Part shown: positions 29,061 through 38,512 of the stretch, piece after piece | Layout: every line of letters starts with the position of its first letter | How positions within the stretch are numbered: the stretch's first letter is position 1 | Assembly: GCA_965228475.1 (NCBI GenBank) | Contig: OZ245817.1 | Location: forward strand, 3,648,001-3,712,000 | Source: Myxococcota bacterium | GTDB lineage: Bacteria; Myxococcota_A; UBA9160; JAFDDA01 | Length of the DNA: 64,000 bases | Reading direction: 5' to 3' | Position numbers and translations under genes: made by a program | Notes under the pieces: model-generated | The model's database searches: none | The model's input: the letters and a program-made list of their open reading frames with translations, nothing else | What the model was told of the DNA's origin: nothing

Positions 29061-30253
29061 GCCGGCGCCGGAAGCGTCTCGGTCGGCAGCAGGAGCTCGG
29101 CCTGCCCCGCCGCCATGACCTGCTCCTTCTGGTTCGTCATGGTCACCTTCACCGCCGCCACGGGCTGGCCGCTCGGATGGTCGTGGGAGACCCCGGTGAC
29201 CTCGCCGTCGAGGAAAGTGACGTCGCCGGTGAAGGCGGGCGAGCGGTAGGACATGTTGCTGTGGAGCACCTCGCCCCACTCGCCGACCCAGTTGCCGAGG
29301 TAGTCGAGGATCCAGGCGCCCATGCTCGCCCCGTAGCCGTAGCCGCGCGGCAGCCCGATCAGCTGGGCGTAGCGGTCCTGGACATGGCCGCGCGACGGCC
29401 CCTTGTAGAGGCCGTCGGCCTGGGACGGGTCGAGCTTCGCCGCTTCGCGGTCGCGATCCATCTCGGGGAGCCAGCCGGCGCGCCAGAGCGAGCTGGGCCC
29501 GCCGCTGTCCTCGAAGGCGCCCCACACCGTCATCAGGTAGGAGCGCCACTCCGTGGTGAAGCTTGCCACCGTGTGCGGCCCGATCACGCGCTGGGGCAGC
29601 GCATCGCCCTCCTTCACGAACAGGCGCCGGTCGTGGCCGAGGTCGCGGATCGACTGGATGTACTCGAACTGGCGCTTCTCGAGGTCCGCGAGGTCGGCAT
29701 CGCTCCACTCGGGCGCCTCGTCCTGCATGAAGAGCGCCTTCTGGCGGGCCTCGTCGGCGCGGTAGCGGACCGAGGTGCTCCTCTGCTTCGCGACCACCAT
29801 ACCCTGCTGGTTGATGTAGGTCGTGTCGCCGCGCGAGAACATGGTCGGCCCGGCGAACTTCGTGTCCGAGACCTTGTAGTCGAAGAGCATGCGGTCCTGG
29901 CGAATGCGGTCGCCGGCGCGGATGCGCTGGCCGTAGAACCACCACTCGTCGCCGCCGAAGATCATGTGGGTCCCGGGGATCGTTCCCTGGATCGCCGGCG
30001 CCGCGCCGTGGCTGTCGTCCGTGCAGACCGAAAAGGACTGCTGGGCGACGATCTCCCCGAAACGCCCCTCGGCGGCGTATTCGTCGTCGTAGTAGAGCGG
30101 GTTCGGGTTCTGCATGCCCTGGGCCCAGCGGCGGACGTCGTTCACGTGGACGTCGTCGCGCATGTGGGCGCCGCCCAGGGGCACCCCGATCCAGCGGTCG
30201 ACGTCGCTCGTGTCGAAATCCGGGAAGCGCTTCTTGACGTCCTCCCACCTCAT
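29057..30253 (-). CDS. Double hot-dog MaoC/FAS1-like dehydratase
   Basis: VRRWAQGMQNPNPLYYDDEYA, HMIFGGDEWWF; second hot-dog YGYGASMGAW...PAFTGD. Confidence 0.8.
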   Translation of the reverse strand: MRWEDVKKRFPDFDTSDVDRWIGVPLGGAHMRDDVHVNDVRRWAQGMQNPNPLYYDDEYAAEGRFGEIVAQQSFSVCTDDSHGAAPAIQGTIPGTHMIFGGDEWWFYGQRIRAGDRIRQDRMLFDYKVSDTKFAGPTMFSRGDTTYINQQGMVVAKQRSTSVRYRADEARQKALFMQDEAPEWSDADLADLEKRQFEYIQSIRDLGHDRRLFVKEGDALPQRVIGPHTVASFTTEWRSYLMTVWGAFEDSGGPSSLWRAGWLPEMDRDREAAKLDPSQADGLYKGPSRGHVQDRYAQLIGLPRGYGYGASMGAWILDYLGNWVGEWGEVLHSNMSYRSPAFTGDVTFLDGEVTGVSHDHPSGQPVAAVKVTMTNQKEQVMAAGQAELLLPTETLPAPA

Positions 30254-31389
30254 TCCGGGACGTCCAGGGCCTGGGGGAGCCCGTAGAGGTCGACCATGTT
30301 CCCGACGAGGATCTGGTAGCGCTCGCGCGCGGGCACGCCGTCGAGCAGCTCGCCGACCACCTTGCGGCTGTAGGGCCAGTCGTTGCCGTGGTGCGGGTAG
30401 TCCGTGCTCCAGGCCATGTTGGCGACGCCGACGTCGTAGCGGTTCTTGATGCCGATGCGGTCGTGGATGAAGGTGCAGCACCAGTTCGAGTGGAAGTACT
30501 CGCTCGGCAGCCGTTGGATTGCAATTCCGGTGTGGGCGCGGTTGCGCCAGTAGAAGTTGTCGAGCTGCTCGAGGCAGGCCGGGATCCAGCCGACGTCCGT
30601 TTCGACGCCGAGGAACTTGAGCTTCGGAAAACGATCGTGCACCCCGCCCATGATGATCTCGCACATCACCTCCGGGAAGAGCGACATGCCGGCCAGCGCC
30701 ATGTTGGCGATCGCGCCCGGCCCCTCGAGCGCCCCCGTGGATTGCCGGCTCGGCCGCACGATGCGGATGTGGATGCTGACGGGCATCTCGAGCTCTTCCG
30801 CGACGGCGAAGAACCGGTCGTCCTCGGGCCCGAGCGTGTCGCCGCCGTTCGGCCAGGCGGTGATGATGCAGCCGCGCATGCCCTTTTCCTTGCAGCGGCG
30901 AAGCTCGGCGATGGCCTCCTCGACGCCGAGGTTCGGCATCTGGGCCAGGCCGAAGAGCCGCTCGTGGTCGCCCGCCGCGAACTCGTCGTGGATCCAATCG
31001 TTGTAGGCCTGGACGCCGGCCCGGTGGAAGTCGACGTCCTGGTTCCCCATGAAGTGGTACATGGTCCGCTGGGAGGGATAGAGGAACTCGGCGTCGACGC
31101 CGTCGAAGTCCATGTCCTCGAGCCGCGCCTTTCCGTCGAAACAGCCCTTGCGGATCGTCTCGTAGGTGTACCCGCGCCACTTGATGTCCTCGTACCGCAT
31201 GCCGGGCGTCGCCACGAGACCGAGGTACATGAGCGGCTTGCCTTCGCCGAAGAACCAGGCGTCGCCGCCCTCCTCGTCCTTCACGAGCTTCGGCGCGCGC
31301 TCGTGGTACTGCTTCGGCAGCCACGTTTCCCAGATGTGGGGCGGCTCCACGGTGTGGCAGTCCGCGTCGATCAGCCGGTACTCGCGCAT
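30250..31389 (-). CDS. Amidohydrolase family protein
   Basis: IDADCHTVEPP, RLEDMDFDGVDAEFLYPS, MPVSIH, WSTDYPH. Confidence 0.92.
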   Translation of the reverse strand: MREYRLIDADCHTVEPPHIWETWLPKQYHERAPKLVKDEEGGDAWFFGEGKPLMYLGLVATPGMRYEDIKWRGYTYETIRKGCFDGKARLEDMDFDGVDAEFLYPSQRTMYHFMGNQDVDFHRAGVQAYNDWIHDEFAAGDHERLFGLAQMPNLGVEEAIAELRRCKEKGMRGCIITAWPNGGDTLGPEDDRFFAVAEELEMPVSIHIRIVRPSRQSTGALEGPGAIANMALAGMSLFPEVMCEIIMGGVHDRFPKLKFLGVETDVGWIPACLEQLDNFYWRNRAHTGIAIQRLPSEYFHSNWCCTFIHDRIGIKNRYDVGVANMAWSTDYPHHGNDWPYSRKVVGELLDGVPARERYQILVGNMVDLYGLPQALDVPE

Positions 31390-31406
31390 GGGGTCTCTCC
31401 TCGAGA

Positions 31407-31430
31407 CGCCCTGCGGCGGGCCGCAGGGCG
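31407..31430. other. Perfect 10-bp hairpin in the 5' leader of the amidohydrolase operon
   Basis: CGCCCTGCGG-CGGG-CCGCAGGGCG. Confidence 0.6.
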
Positions 31431-31453
31431 GAATCTGACGGTGTGTCAGATTC
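31431..31453. promoter_or_regulatory. Palindromic operator copy 4 (GAATCTGAC-GGTGT-GTCAGATTC)
   Basis: Perfect 9-bp arms; overlaps a TAGAAT -10-like hexamer on the minus strand. Confidence 0.87.
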
Positions 31454-31485
31454 TATCCCAGGGCCTCGGAGAAAGGGAACCCCGT

Positions 31486-31506
31486 CCCGGCCCGGCGCGG
31501 GCCGGG
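31486..31506 (-). terminator. Possible intrinsic terminator after the HupE/UreJ gene
   Basis: CCCGGCCC-N5-GGGCCGGG stem followed on the minus strand by a weak pyrimidine tract. Confidence 0.35.
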
Positions 31507-31541
31507 GAGGAAGAACCGGAACGATTCCGACGGCTTCGGCC

Positions 31542-32567
31542 CTAGGGGTGGGCCAGAGCCGCGACCGTTCGCTCGATCGCCCAGTAGCCGGCCAGGCCGC
31601 CTAGACCGTACGCCGCGGCGTGGGCGCGCCAGGCGGAGGGAACCGCCTGCGCGGGCCCGCGCAGGGCCCGGGCCGCGGCCAGGGCCACGGCCACCAGCCC
31701 GAGCTGGCCGAGTTCGATGCCGAGATTGAACGCGACGAGCGCCGTCACGATCTCCCCGCGCGGCAGGCCGATTTCGGAGAGCGCGCCGGCGAACCCCAGG
31801 CCGTGGAGCAACCCGAACGCCCACGCCATCCGCCAGGGCCGTTCGCGGAAGCCCGCGAAGGATCGCCCTTCGCGCGGCACCAGCTCGACGGCCAGCGCGA
31901 GGAGCGTCGCGGCGATGGCCACCTCGGCCCAGCGCGAGGGTACGGGCGAATGGCCGAGTGCCGCGATCGAGAGCGTCACGCTGTGCCCGAGCGTGAAGGC
32001 CGTCACGGTGAGCACGAGGGCACGGGGGCCGCGCACGAGGAGGAGGAGCCCGAGCACGAACAGGACGTGGTCGATGCCGAAGACGAGGTGCCCGACGCCG
32101 AGACGCAGATAGTCGCCGAGCACGCCGAGGCGCGATGGCACCTCCGGGACGGCGACGATCGCGGACCCTGCCGTCAGGAGCTGCTGGAGGACTTCGCCGT
32201 CGGCGAGCTCCACGCGCAGCACCGCACCGGCACCGCGGGGCTCGAGGCCCGAGACGCCGACCCCTCCGCCGCGGAGGCCGCCCGGACCGCACGCGACGGC
32301 GAAACGCGTGACGAGGGCCGTGGCCTCGGCGCGGCGCTCGGGCGCTCCGAGCGCACGGCAGGCCTCGGGCAGCACGGGCTCGTGCAGCGTGCCCGCCGGG
32401 CGCTGCAGCGGCGTCTTCCAGAGGACGTCGAAGTGCCCGGTGGCAGCATCCGTTTCGCGCAGCTCGAGGAGCGAGGGTGCGCGGGGGTGCGCCGCGGCGC
32501 CCGCTGCGGCGAGCCCGGCCACGAGCATCGCCACGCCGAACCGCTTGGGGCCGAGCCTCGGACTCAA
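31542..32567 (-). CDS. HupE/UreJ family membrane protein
   Basis: GVGHLVFGIDHVLF, TAFTLGHSVTL, FGLLHGLGFA, FNLGIELGQ. Confidence 0.9.
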   Translation of the reverse strand: MSPRLGPKRFGVAMLVAGLAAAGAAAHPRAPSLLELRETDAATGHFDVLWKTPLQRPAGTLHEPVLPEACRALGAPERRAEATALVTRFAVACGPGGLRGGGVGVSGLEPRGAGAVLRVELADGEVLQQLLTAGSAIVAVPEVPSRLGVLGDYLRLGVGHLVFGIDHVLFVLGLLLLVRGPRALVLTVTAFTLGHSVTLSIAALGHSPVPSRWAEVAIAATLLALAVELVPREGRSFAGFRERPWRMAWAFGLLHGLGFAGALSEIGLPRGEIVTALVAFNLGIELGQLGLVAVALAAARALRGPAQAVPSAWRAHAAAYGLGGLAGYWAIERTVAALAHP

Positions 32568-34141
32568 GGCGCTCCCCGGGCAAAGCCCCGCGGGTCTTCG
32601 AGGAAGGCGCGGCGCCAGGCGACGAGCCGTGCTTCCAGGTCGCGGACGATCTCCGGGTGGCGATCGGCGACGTTGTACGCCTCCTCGGCGTCGCGTTCGA
32701 GGTCGTAGAGGAGCGGCCAGGTTCCGAGGGTCGGGACCGAGCGCTCCTCGCCCTCCGGCTTGTAGTCGCGCCCGGTCAAGAGGCGGCCGCCGGGCGTGTC
32801 GGGCTTGTCGAGGGGTGCCGGCCAGACGTAGTGGCTGTTGCTGTGGATGTACTTCCAGCGTCCGATGCGGACGGCTTCGACGTCGTACTCGTGGAAGAAG
32901 AAGATCGGCCGGTCGTCCGGGCCCGCCGCCGGATCGCGCAGCACGGACCCGAGATCCACGCCGTCGACGACCCGGTCGTTCGGGAGTGAAAGGCCCGCCA
33001 GGCCGAGGAAGGTCGGGAAGAGGTCGAGGTTCGTCCCCGGGACCTCACTCACGCTGCCCGCCGGCACCGCGCCCGGCTGCCAGGCGAGGAACGGAACGCG
33101 GAATCCCCCCTCGTAGCTCTGGCCCTTGCGCCCGCGCAGCCCGCCCGGACTGCCCTCGAACCACGGGCCGTTGTCGCTGGTCACGACGACGAGCGTTTCT
33201 TCGGCGATCCCGGCGCGGCGGAGCGCGGCGACCACCTCGCCGACGCTCCAATCGAACTCCGAGACCGCGTCGCCGTAGGGCCCGCCGGCGGAGCGCCCGG
33301 CGAAGTCCTCCGAGGGCAGGAACGGCTGATGGGGATCCTTGTGGGAGAGGTAGAGGAAGAAAGGGGTCTCGCCCGCAGCCTCGATGAAGGCGACGGCCTC
33401 CTCGGTGAAGAGCTGCGTGTAGTGCGCCTGATCGAGTCCGATGTCGCGCACCACCTCCTGGCCGTCCCGCCAGAACGCCACGGGCCAGTCGTCGTTCGAC
33501 ATGTTGAAGCCGACGAAGCGGTCAAAGCCGTGGTTCGAGGGGTGGTACTCGGGTAGACCCGTGAAGTCACCGAGGTGCCACTTCCCGATCGCCATGGTGC
33601 GGTAGCCCGCGACCTGCAGCGCCTCCGCGAGGGTGAGCTCCGAGGGCGGGAGGCCCTGCACGGCATTCCCGCCGCCGGCCAGATCCACGGCCCCGAGCTT
33701 CGCGAAGACGGCACCCGCCCGGTACGTGATGCGGCGCAGGAGGGAATCGTCCGCGGCCTGGAGCGCCGTCGTGATGCCACTGCGCAGGGGGTAGCGGCCG
33801 GTGAGCAGGCCCGCGCGGGAAGGCGAGCAGATGGAAGCGCTCGAGTAGAACTGGGTGAAGCGCATGCCCTCGGCCGCGAGGCGATCGAGGTGGGGCGTCG
33901 CGATCGCGGTGCTGCCCTGGACGCCGAGGTCCCCGTACCCGAGGTCGTCGGCGAGGATGATCACGAGGTTCGGGCGCGGGGCCTCCCCTTCGCGGCGCTC
34001 GAGGATCGAGCCGGGCGCGGGCCCCTCGCCGGCCCCGAAGCCGCTGGCCTCGAAACCGTGGTCGATCGGGGCGAGCGCGGCGCGTCCGAGCCAGGCCAAC
34101 CCGATCGCCGCGAGCACCGTCACGATGAGGAGATTTCGCAC
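32564..34141 (-). CDS. Arylsulfatase (Cys-type, formylglycine-dependent)
   Basis: PNLVIILADDLGYGD, CSPSRAGLLTGR, GKWHLG, TSDNG; N-terminal membrane/signal segment. Confidence 0.93.
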   Translation of the reverse strand: MRNLLIVTVLAAIGLAWLGRAALAPIDHGFEASGFGAGEGPAPGSILERREGEAPRPNLVIILADDLGYGDLGVQGSTAIATPHLDRLAAEGMRFTQFYSSASICSPSRAGLLTGRYPLRSGITTALQAADDSLLRRITYRAGAVFAKLGAVDLAGGGNAVQGLPPSELTLAEALQVAGYRTMAIGKWHLGDFTGLPEYHPSNHGFDRFVGFNMSNDDWPVAFWRDGQEVVRDIGLDQAHYTQLFTEEAVAFIEAAGETPFFLYLSHKDPHQPFLPSEDFAGRSAGGPYGDAVSEFDWSVGEVVAALRRAGIAEETLVVVTSDNGPWFEGSPGGLRGRKGQSYEGGFRVPFLAWQPGAVPAGSVSEVPGTNLDLFPTFLGLAGLSLPNDRVVDGVDLGSVLRDPAAGPDDRPIFFFHEYDVEAVRIGRWKYIHSNSHYVWPAPLDKPDTPGGRLLTGRDYKPEGEERSVPTLGTWPLLYDLERDAEEAYNVADRHPEIVRDLEARLVAWRRAFLEDPRGFARGAP

Positions 34142-34271
34142 GCGTCCTCGCTTCCGCAGTCCCGATCCGCTCGCTGGAGACCGTCTCCCAGCGCGGGGCC
34201 CGGCCGAGAGAAGCACAGCCCATCCGCCAGTTCACCCCGACGCCACGCGGACGTGGTATCGGTTCGCGCAG

Positions 34272-36437
34272 ATGCTGCGCGCACACCGACGCCCCCGGCC
34301 GCTGGCCCTCCTGCTCGCCGCCTTCACTCTTGCAGGCTGCGCGGGGGACGAAGAGCCCACCCCGCTGAGCCTCGTCGGCGGGGCGGTCTGCGCGGGTTGC
34401 CACGCGAAGGAAGCCGAAGCGTGGCGAGGCTCCCACCACGATCTCGCCATGCAGCTCCCCGGCCCGGGATCCGTTCGCGGCGACTTCGGGGACGTCGCCG
34501 TCGAACACGACGGGACGACCTCCCGCTTCCGCCGCGCGGGTGACCGGTACGTCGTCACCACCGCCGGGCCGGACGGCACCGTCGGCGACTTCGAGGTCGC
34601 GTACACGTTCGGCGTCGAGCCGCTCCAGCAGATCCTCCTGCGGCTGCCGAGCGGCCGGCTCCAGGCCTTCACGGTGGCCTGGGATGCCCGGCCTGCTGGC
34701 GAAGGCGGCGAGCGCTGGTTCTCGCTCTACCCGAACGAGACCCTCGTGCCGGGCGATCCGCTGCACTGGACCGGGATCCAACACAACTGGAACCACATGT
34801 GCGCGGACTGCCACTCGACGGGTCTGCGCAAGAACTGGAACGCCGAAGAGGAGCGCTACGAAACCACGTGGACCGACCTCGACGTCGCCTGCGAGGCCTG
34901 CCACGGCGCGGGGGGCCGGCACGCGGCCGCTCCCGCGACGCCCATGCCCGTGCCGCTCTCCCGCGCGGGGCGGCGCTGGGAACTCGGCCCAGGGGCGGCC
35001 ATCGCGCACCTCGCAGCCGACAACGGGTCTGCCGCCGAGATCGAGACCTGCGGACGCTGCCACGCGCGGCGCGCGACCTTGCGCGAGAAACCCGCGAGCG
35101 GCGCTCCCCTGCTCGAGACCCACCGCGTGGCGCGCCTCGACGCCGGCCTCTACTTCGACGACGGACAGATCCGCGACGAGGTCTACGTCTACGGATCGTT
35201 CCGGCAGAGCGCCATGGCCGCGGCGGGCGTCCTCTGCAGCGACTGTCACGAACCCCACGGCCTCGAGCTGCGCGCCGAGGGCAACGCGCTCTGCGCCCAG
35301 TGCCACGCACCCGAGGTCTTCGACGAACGCTCCCATCACCACCACGCGGAGGGCACCGCCGGCAGCGCCTGCATCGACTGCCACATGCCCGAGCGAACCT
35401 ACATGCGCGTCGACGTCCGCCACGACCACTCCTTCCGGGTGCCGCGGCCCGATCTCTCCGTGCGCCTGGGGACGCCGAACGCCTGCGACACCTGCCACGA
35501 GGAGGGCGCTGCCTGGGCCGCCGCCGCCGTGGCCGGCTGGTACCCGGAGGGCCGCAGCGGAACGCCGCACTTCGGGGAGGCCTTCGCGGCAGGCCGGCGC
35601 GGCGAGCCCGGTGCGGCGGCATCCCTCGTCGCGATCGCGGGAGACCCGGCGCAACCGGCCCTCGTCCGCGCGACCGCCCTCGACCTTCTGCTCGGGGCGG
35701 GAGCCCCGGGTGCCGTGCAGGCGCTGCGGAGTTCGGCCCGGGACGGGGATCCGATCCTTCGCTCGGCGGCGGCGGAGGGGGCGGGACGCCTGCCGGGCCC
35801 GCGGGCGATCGAGGTCGCCCGCCCTCTGCTCTCGGATCCCGTCGCCGCCGTGCGGATGTCCGCGGCCGAGACTCTGGCCGGCGTGTCCGACTCGGCGCTC
35901 GCGCCCGCGGAGCAAGAGGCGCGCCGGCGCGGGGTCGAGGAACTCGAATCCGCGCTCGCGCGCGATGCGGACCGGCCCGAGGGCCGTTTCCATCGCGGGC
36001 TGCTCGACGCGCGCCGCGGCCGCCTCGACGAAGCCGCCGCCTGGTACGACGCCGCTCTCGAACTCGAACCCGCCTTCACCCCCGCCGTCGTCAACCGGGC
36101 CGACCTCGCCCGCGCCACGGGAGACGAGGCCCACGGTGAAGCCGTCCTCCGCCGCGCACTCGAGCGGGCGCCCGACGACCCCGACCTGCACCACGCGCTG
36201 GGGCTGTCGCTCGTTCGCACCGGCGGCAAGCGGCTCGCCCTCGAGCACCTCGGGCGCGCGGCCCGGCTCGCGCCCGAACGCGTCCACTTCGCCTACGTCC
36301 ACGCGGTCGCCCTGCGGGACGCCGGGCAGACCGAGCAGGCACGGCGGGTCGCAGCCATCGCTACCGAGCGCAACCCCGGCCATCGCGGCCTCGAGGCCCT
36401 GCTGCGCGAGCTCGAGCGAGACCGCGGCGCGCGCTAG
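34272..36437 (+). CDS. Multiheme (8 CxxCH) cytochrome c lipoprotein with C-terminal HEAT/TPR repeats
   Basis: Lipobox LAGC; CAGCH, CADCH, CEACH, CGRCH, CSDCH, CAQCH, CIDCH, CDTCH; TPR-like C-terminus. Confidence 0.9.
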   Translation: MLRAHRRPRPLALLLAAFTLAGCAGDEEPTPLSLVGGAVCAGCHAKEAEAWRGSHHDLAMQLPGPGSVRGDFGDVAVEHDGTTSRFRRAGDRYVVTTAGPDGTVGDFEVAYTFGVEPLQQILLRLPSGRLQAFTVAWDARPAGEGGERWFSLYPNETLVPGDPLHWTGIQHNWNHMCADCHSTGLRKNWNAEEERYETTWTDLDVACEACHGAGGRHAAAPATPMPVPLSRAGRRWELGPGAAIAHLAADNGSAAEIETCGRCHARRATLREKPASGAPLLETHRVARLDAGLYFDDGQIRDEVYVYGSFRQSAMAAAGVLCSDCHEPHGLELRAEGNALCAQCHAPEVFDERSHHHHAEGTAGSACIDCHMPERTYMRVDVRHDHSFRVPRPDLSVRLGTPNACDTCHEEGAAWAAAAVAGWYPEGRSGTPHFGEAFAAGRRGEPGAAASLVAIAGDPAQPALVRATALDLLLGAGAPGAVQALRSSARDGDPILRSAAAEGAGRLPGPRAIEVARPLLSDPVAAVRMSAAETLAGVSDSALAPAEQEARRRGVEELESALARDADRPEGRFHRGLLDARRGRLDEAAAWYDAALELEPAFTPAVVNRADLARATGDEAHGEAVLRRALERAPDDPDLHHALGLSLVRTGGKRLALEHLGRAARLAPERVHFAYVHAVALRDAGQTEQARRVAAIATERNPGHRGLEALLRELERDRGAR

Positions 36438-38512
36438 CCCCGCTCGAGGAGGTAGTCGCCGCCTTGGTCGAGCCGGGCACGCCAGCCCGGGTAGACGACG
36501 ATCGTGGTGAAGGTCTCCTCGAGAATCACCGGTCCTTCGACGACCTCTCCCGGGGCGAGACTCGCTCCGTCCCGGATCGGCGTCTCGGCAAATCCGTTCC
36601 CGAGATGGGCGCGGCGCGTCCGCCCTTCGCTCACGGTCCGGGCGCCGTCGCCCCGCCCGGCCGCAGCGAAGTCCGGCGGCGGCGTATCGACGAAGGCCGT
36701 GAGCCGTACCCCCGTGATCTCCGGCACCTCCGCCGGCCGATCGTGACCGTACTCGGAACGGTGTCGGGCGTGGAACGCATCGGCGGCCCGCTCTCCGAGC
36801 CCGGGCGTCACGAAGCCGAGGTCGCACCCGCCGACGCTTTCCCCGACGCGCACCGCGAGGGACCAGTTCTGCCCCGGGTAGCGAAGGTTGAGCGCGTACT
36901 CGCGTCGGAGCTCGCCGGGCGGAAACCCCGCTTCTTCGAAGCGCCGCGCGGCGCGCACATCGAGGTCCGCGAAGAGCTCCGTCAGCCGGTCGGCCGGCGC
37001 GACCGCCGAGGAGACGAGCAACGATCGTTCTTCGTCGATGGTCGGCTTCGCTGCGAGCGCGCCGAGGGCGGAGAATGCGGGCGAGGCCTTGGGCACCAGG
37101 ACCCGCTCGATCCCGAGCTCCTCGGCCTGGATTCCCGCGAAGATCGGGCCGTTCCCGCCGTAGGCGAGCATGGCGAGGCCGCGCGGGTCCGTTCCCTTCT
37201 CGGCGGTCCAACGCCGCACGGCCTGGGTCATGTTGGCGTTCACGATGCGGAAGCAGTCGAAGGCCGCCTCCTCGACGCTGCACCCGAGCGGGCCGGCGAC
37301 GTGCTCCTCGAAGGCTTCCTCGACGCCCTTGCGCTGCAGGGCGAAACGGCCCCCGGCGAAGGCCGACGTCTCGGAGAGCAGGCCGAGCAGCAGGATCGCG
37401 TCGGTCACCGTCGGCTGCGTTCCTCCGCGGCCGTAGCAGACCGGCCCGGGGTCGGCGCCCGCGCTCCCGGGCCCGACGCGCAGCGTTCCCTCGTGGAGCT
37501 GGCAGAGCGACCCCCCGCCGGCGCCGAGGGTCTCGACGGCGACCATCGGCAGCCCGAGCACGTGCCGGTGATGCCAGTTCCAGCCGGGCTCGGCGGGCGC
37601 CGCGCCTCCGCGAACGACCGAGACGTCGTAGCTCGTGCCGCCCATGTCGACGCACAGGAGGTCCGGGGCGGACTTCGCCGAACCGAAGTGCGCCGCGCCG
37701 ATCACGCCTCCGGCCGGGCCCGAGGCCAGTACGCGCACCGGGCTCCCGCGGAGGTACGCGCGCGACATCACGCCACCGCTCGACTGCATGACGAGCAGGT
37801 CTCGCTCGTAGCCGGCCTCCCGGAGCCGCTCGATCAGACGATCGAGGTAGGCCGTGACGCGAGGGCCGACGTAGGCGTTCACCGCGGTCGTGCTGGTGCG
37901 CTCGTACTCCGGCGCCTTGGGCAGGACCTCGTGGGAGAGCGAGATCGGCACGCCGGGCAGCGCCTCCTCGACCCAGCGGGCGAGGAGCTGCTCGTGCTCG
38001 GGGTTCACGAAAGCGAAGAGCAGGCTGATCGCGACCGACTCGACGCCCTGACGCGCGAGCCGCTCGATCGCCGCACGCGCCGACCACTCGTCGAGGGGCA
38101 CGTGGACGCGGCCGTCGTGGAGAATGCGCTCCCGCACCGTGAGGCGGCGGCGCCGCGGAACGATCGGATCGGGCGGCGGCAGCCGGACGTCCCAGATGTC
38201 CTCCTTGTAGCCGCGGCGGAGTTCGAGCTCGTCCCGAAACCCCTCCGTCGTCAGGAGTCCGGTCTTCGCACCGTCCCGTTCGATCAAGGTGTTGTCGGCG
38301 ACGGTGGTGCCGTGGACGATCGCGTCGAGGCCGCCGAGGAACTCGGCCAGCCCGAGGCCCTGGCGCTGCGCGAGCCGTTCGAGGCCCGTCAGCACCGCCT
38401 CCGAGCGGTCGGCCGGCGTCGAGAGCACCTTCTCGAGCACGAAGCCCTCGGACGTCTCGAGCGCGAAGTCCGTGAACGTTCCCCCGATGTCGACCCCGAC
38501 GCGCCGGCTCAC
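36434..38512 (-). CDS. Hydantoinase A / 5-oxoprolinase family protein (ATP-binding subunit)
   Basis: GVDIGGTFTD, HGTTVADN, SGPAGG, DMGGTSYD, GAGGGS, SAGADPGPVCYG. Confidence 0.93.
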   Translation of the reverse strand: MSRRVGVDIGGTFTDFALETSEGFVLEKVLSTPADRSEAVLTGLERLAQRQGLGLAEFLGGLDAIVHGTTVADNTLIERDGAKTGLLTTEGFRDELELRRGYKEDIWDVRLPPPDPIVPRRRRLTVRERILHDGRVHVPLDEWSARAAIERLARQGVESVAISLLFAFVNPEHEQLLARWVEEALPGVPISLSHEVLPKAPEYERTSTTAVNAYVGPRVTAYLDRLIERLREAGYERDLLVMQSSGGVMSRAYLRGSPVRVLASGPAGGVIGAAHFGSAKSAPDLLCVDMGGTSYDVSVVRGGAAPAEPGWNWHHRHVLGLPMVAVETLGAGGGSLCQLHEGTLRVGPGSAGADPGPVCYGRGGTQPTVTDAILLLGLLSETSAFAGGRFALQRKGVEEAFEEHVAGPLGCSVEEAAFDCFRIVNANMTQAVRRWTAEKGTDPRGLAMLAYGGNGPIFAGIQAEELGIERVLVPKASPAFSALGALAAKPTIDEERSLLVSSAVAPADRLTELFADLDVRAARRFEEAGFPPGELRREYALNLRYPGQNWSLAVRVGESVGGCDLGFVTPGLGERAADAFHARHRSEYGHDRPAEVPEITGVRLTAFVDTPPPDFAAAGRGDGARTVSEGRTRRAHLGNGFAETPIRDGASLAPGEVVEGPVILEETFTTIVVYPGWRARLDQGGDYLLERG

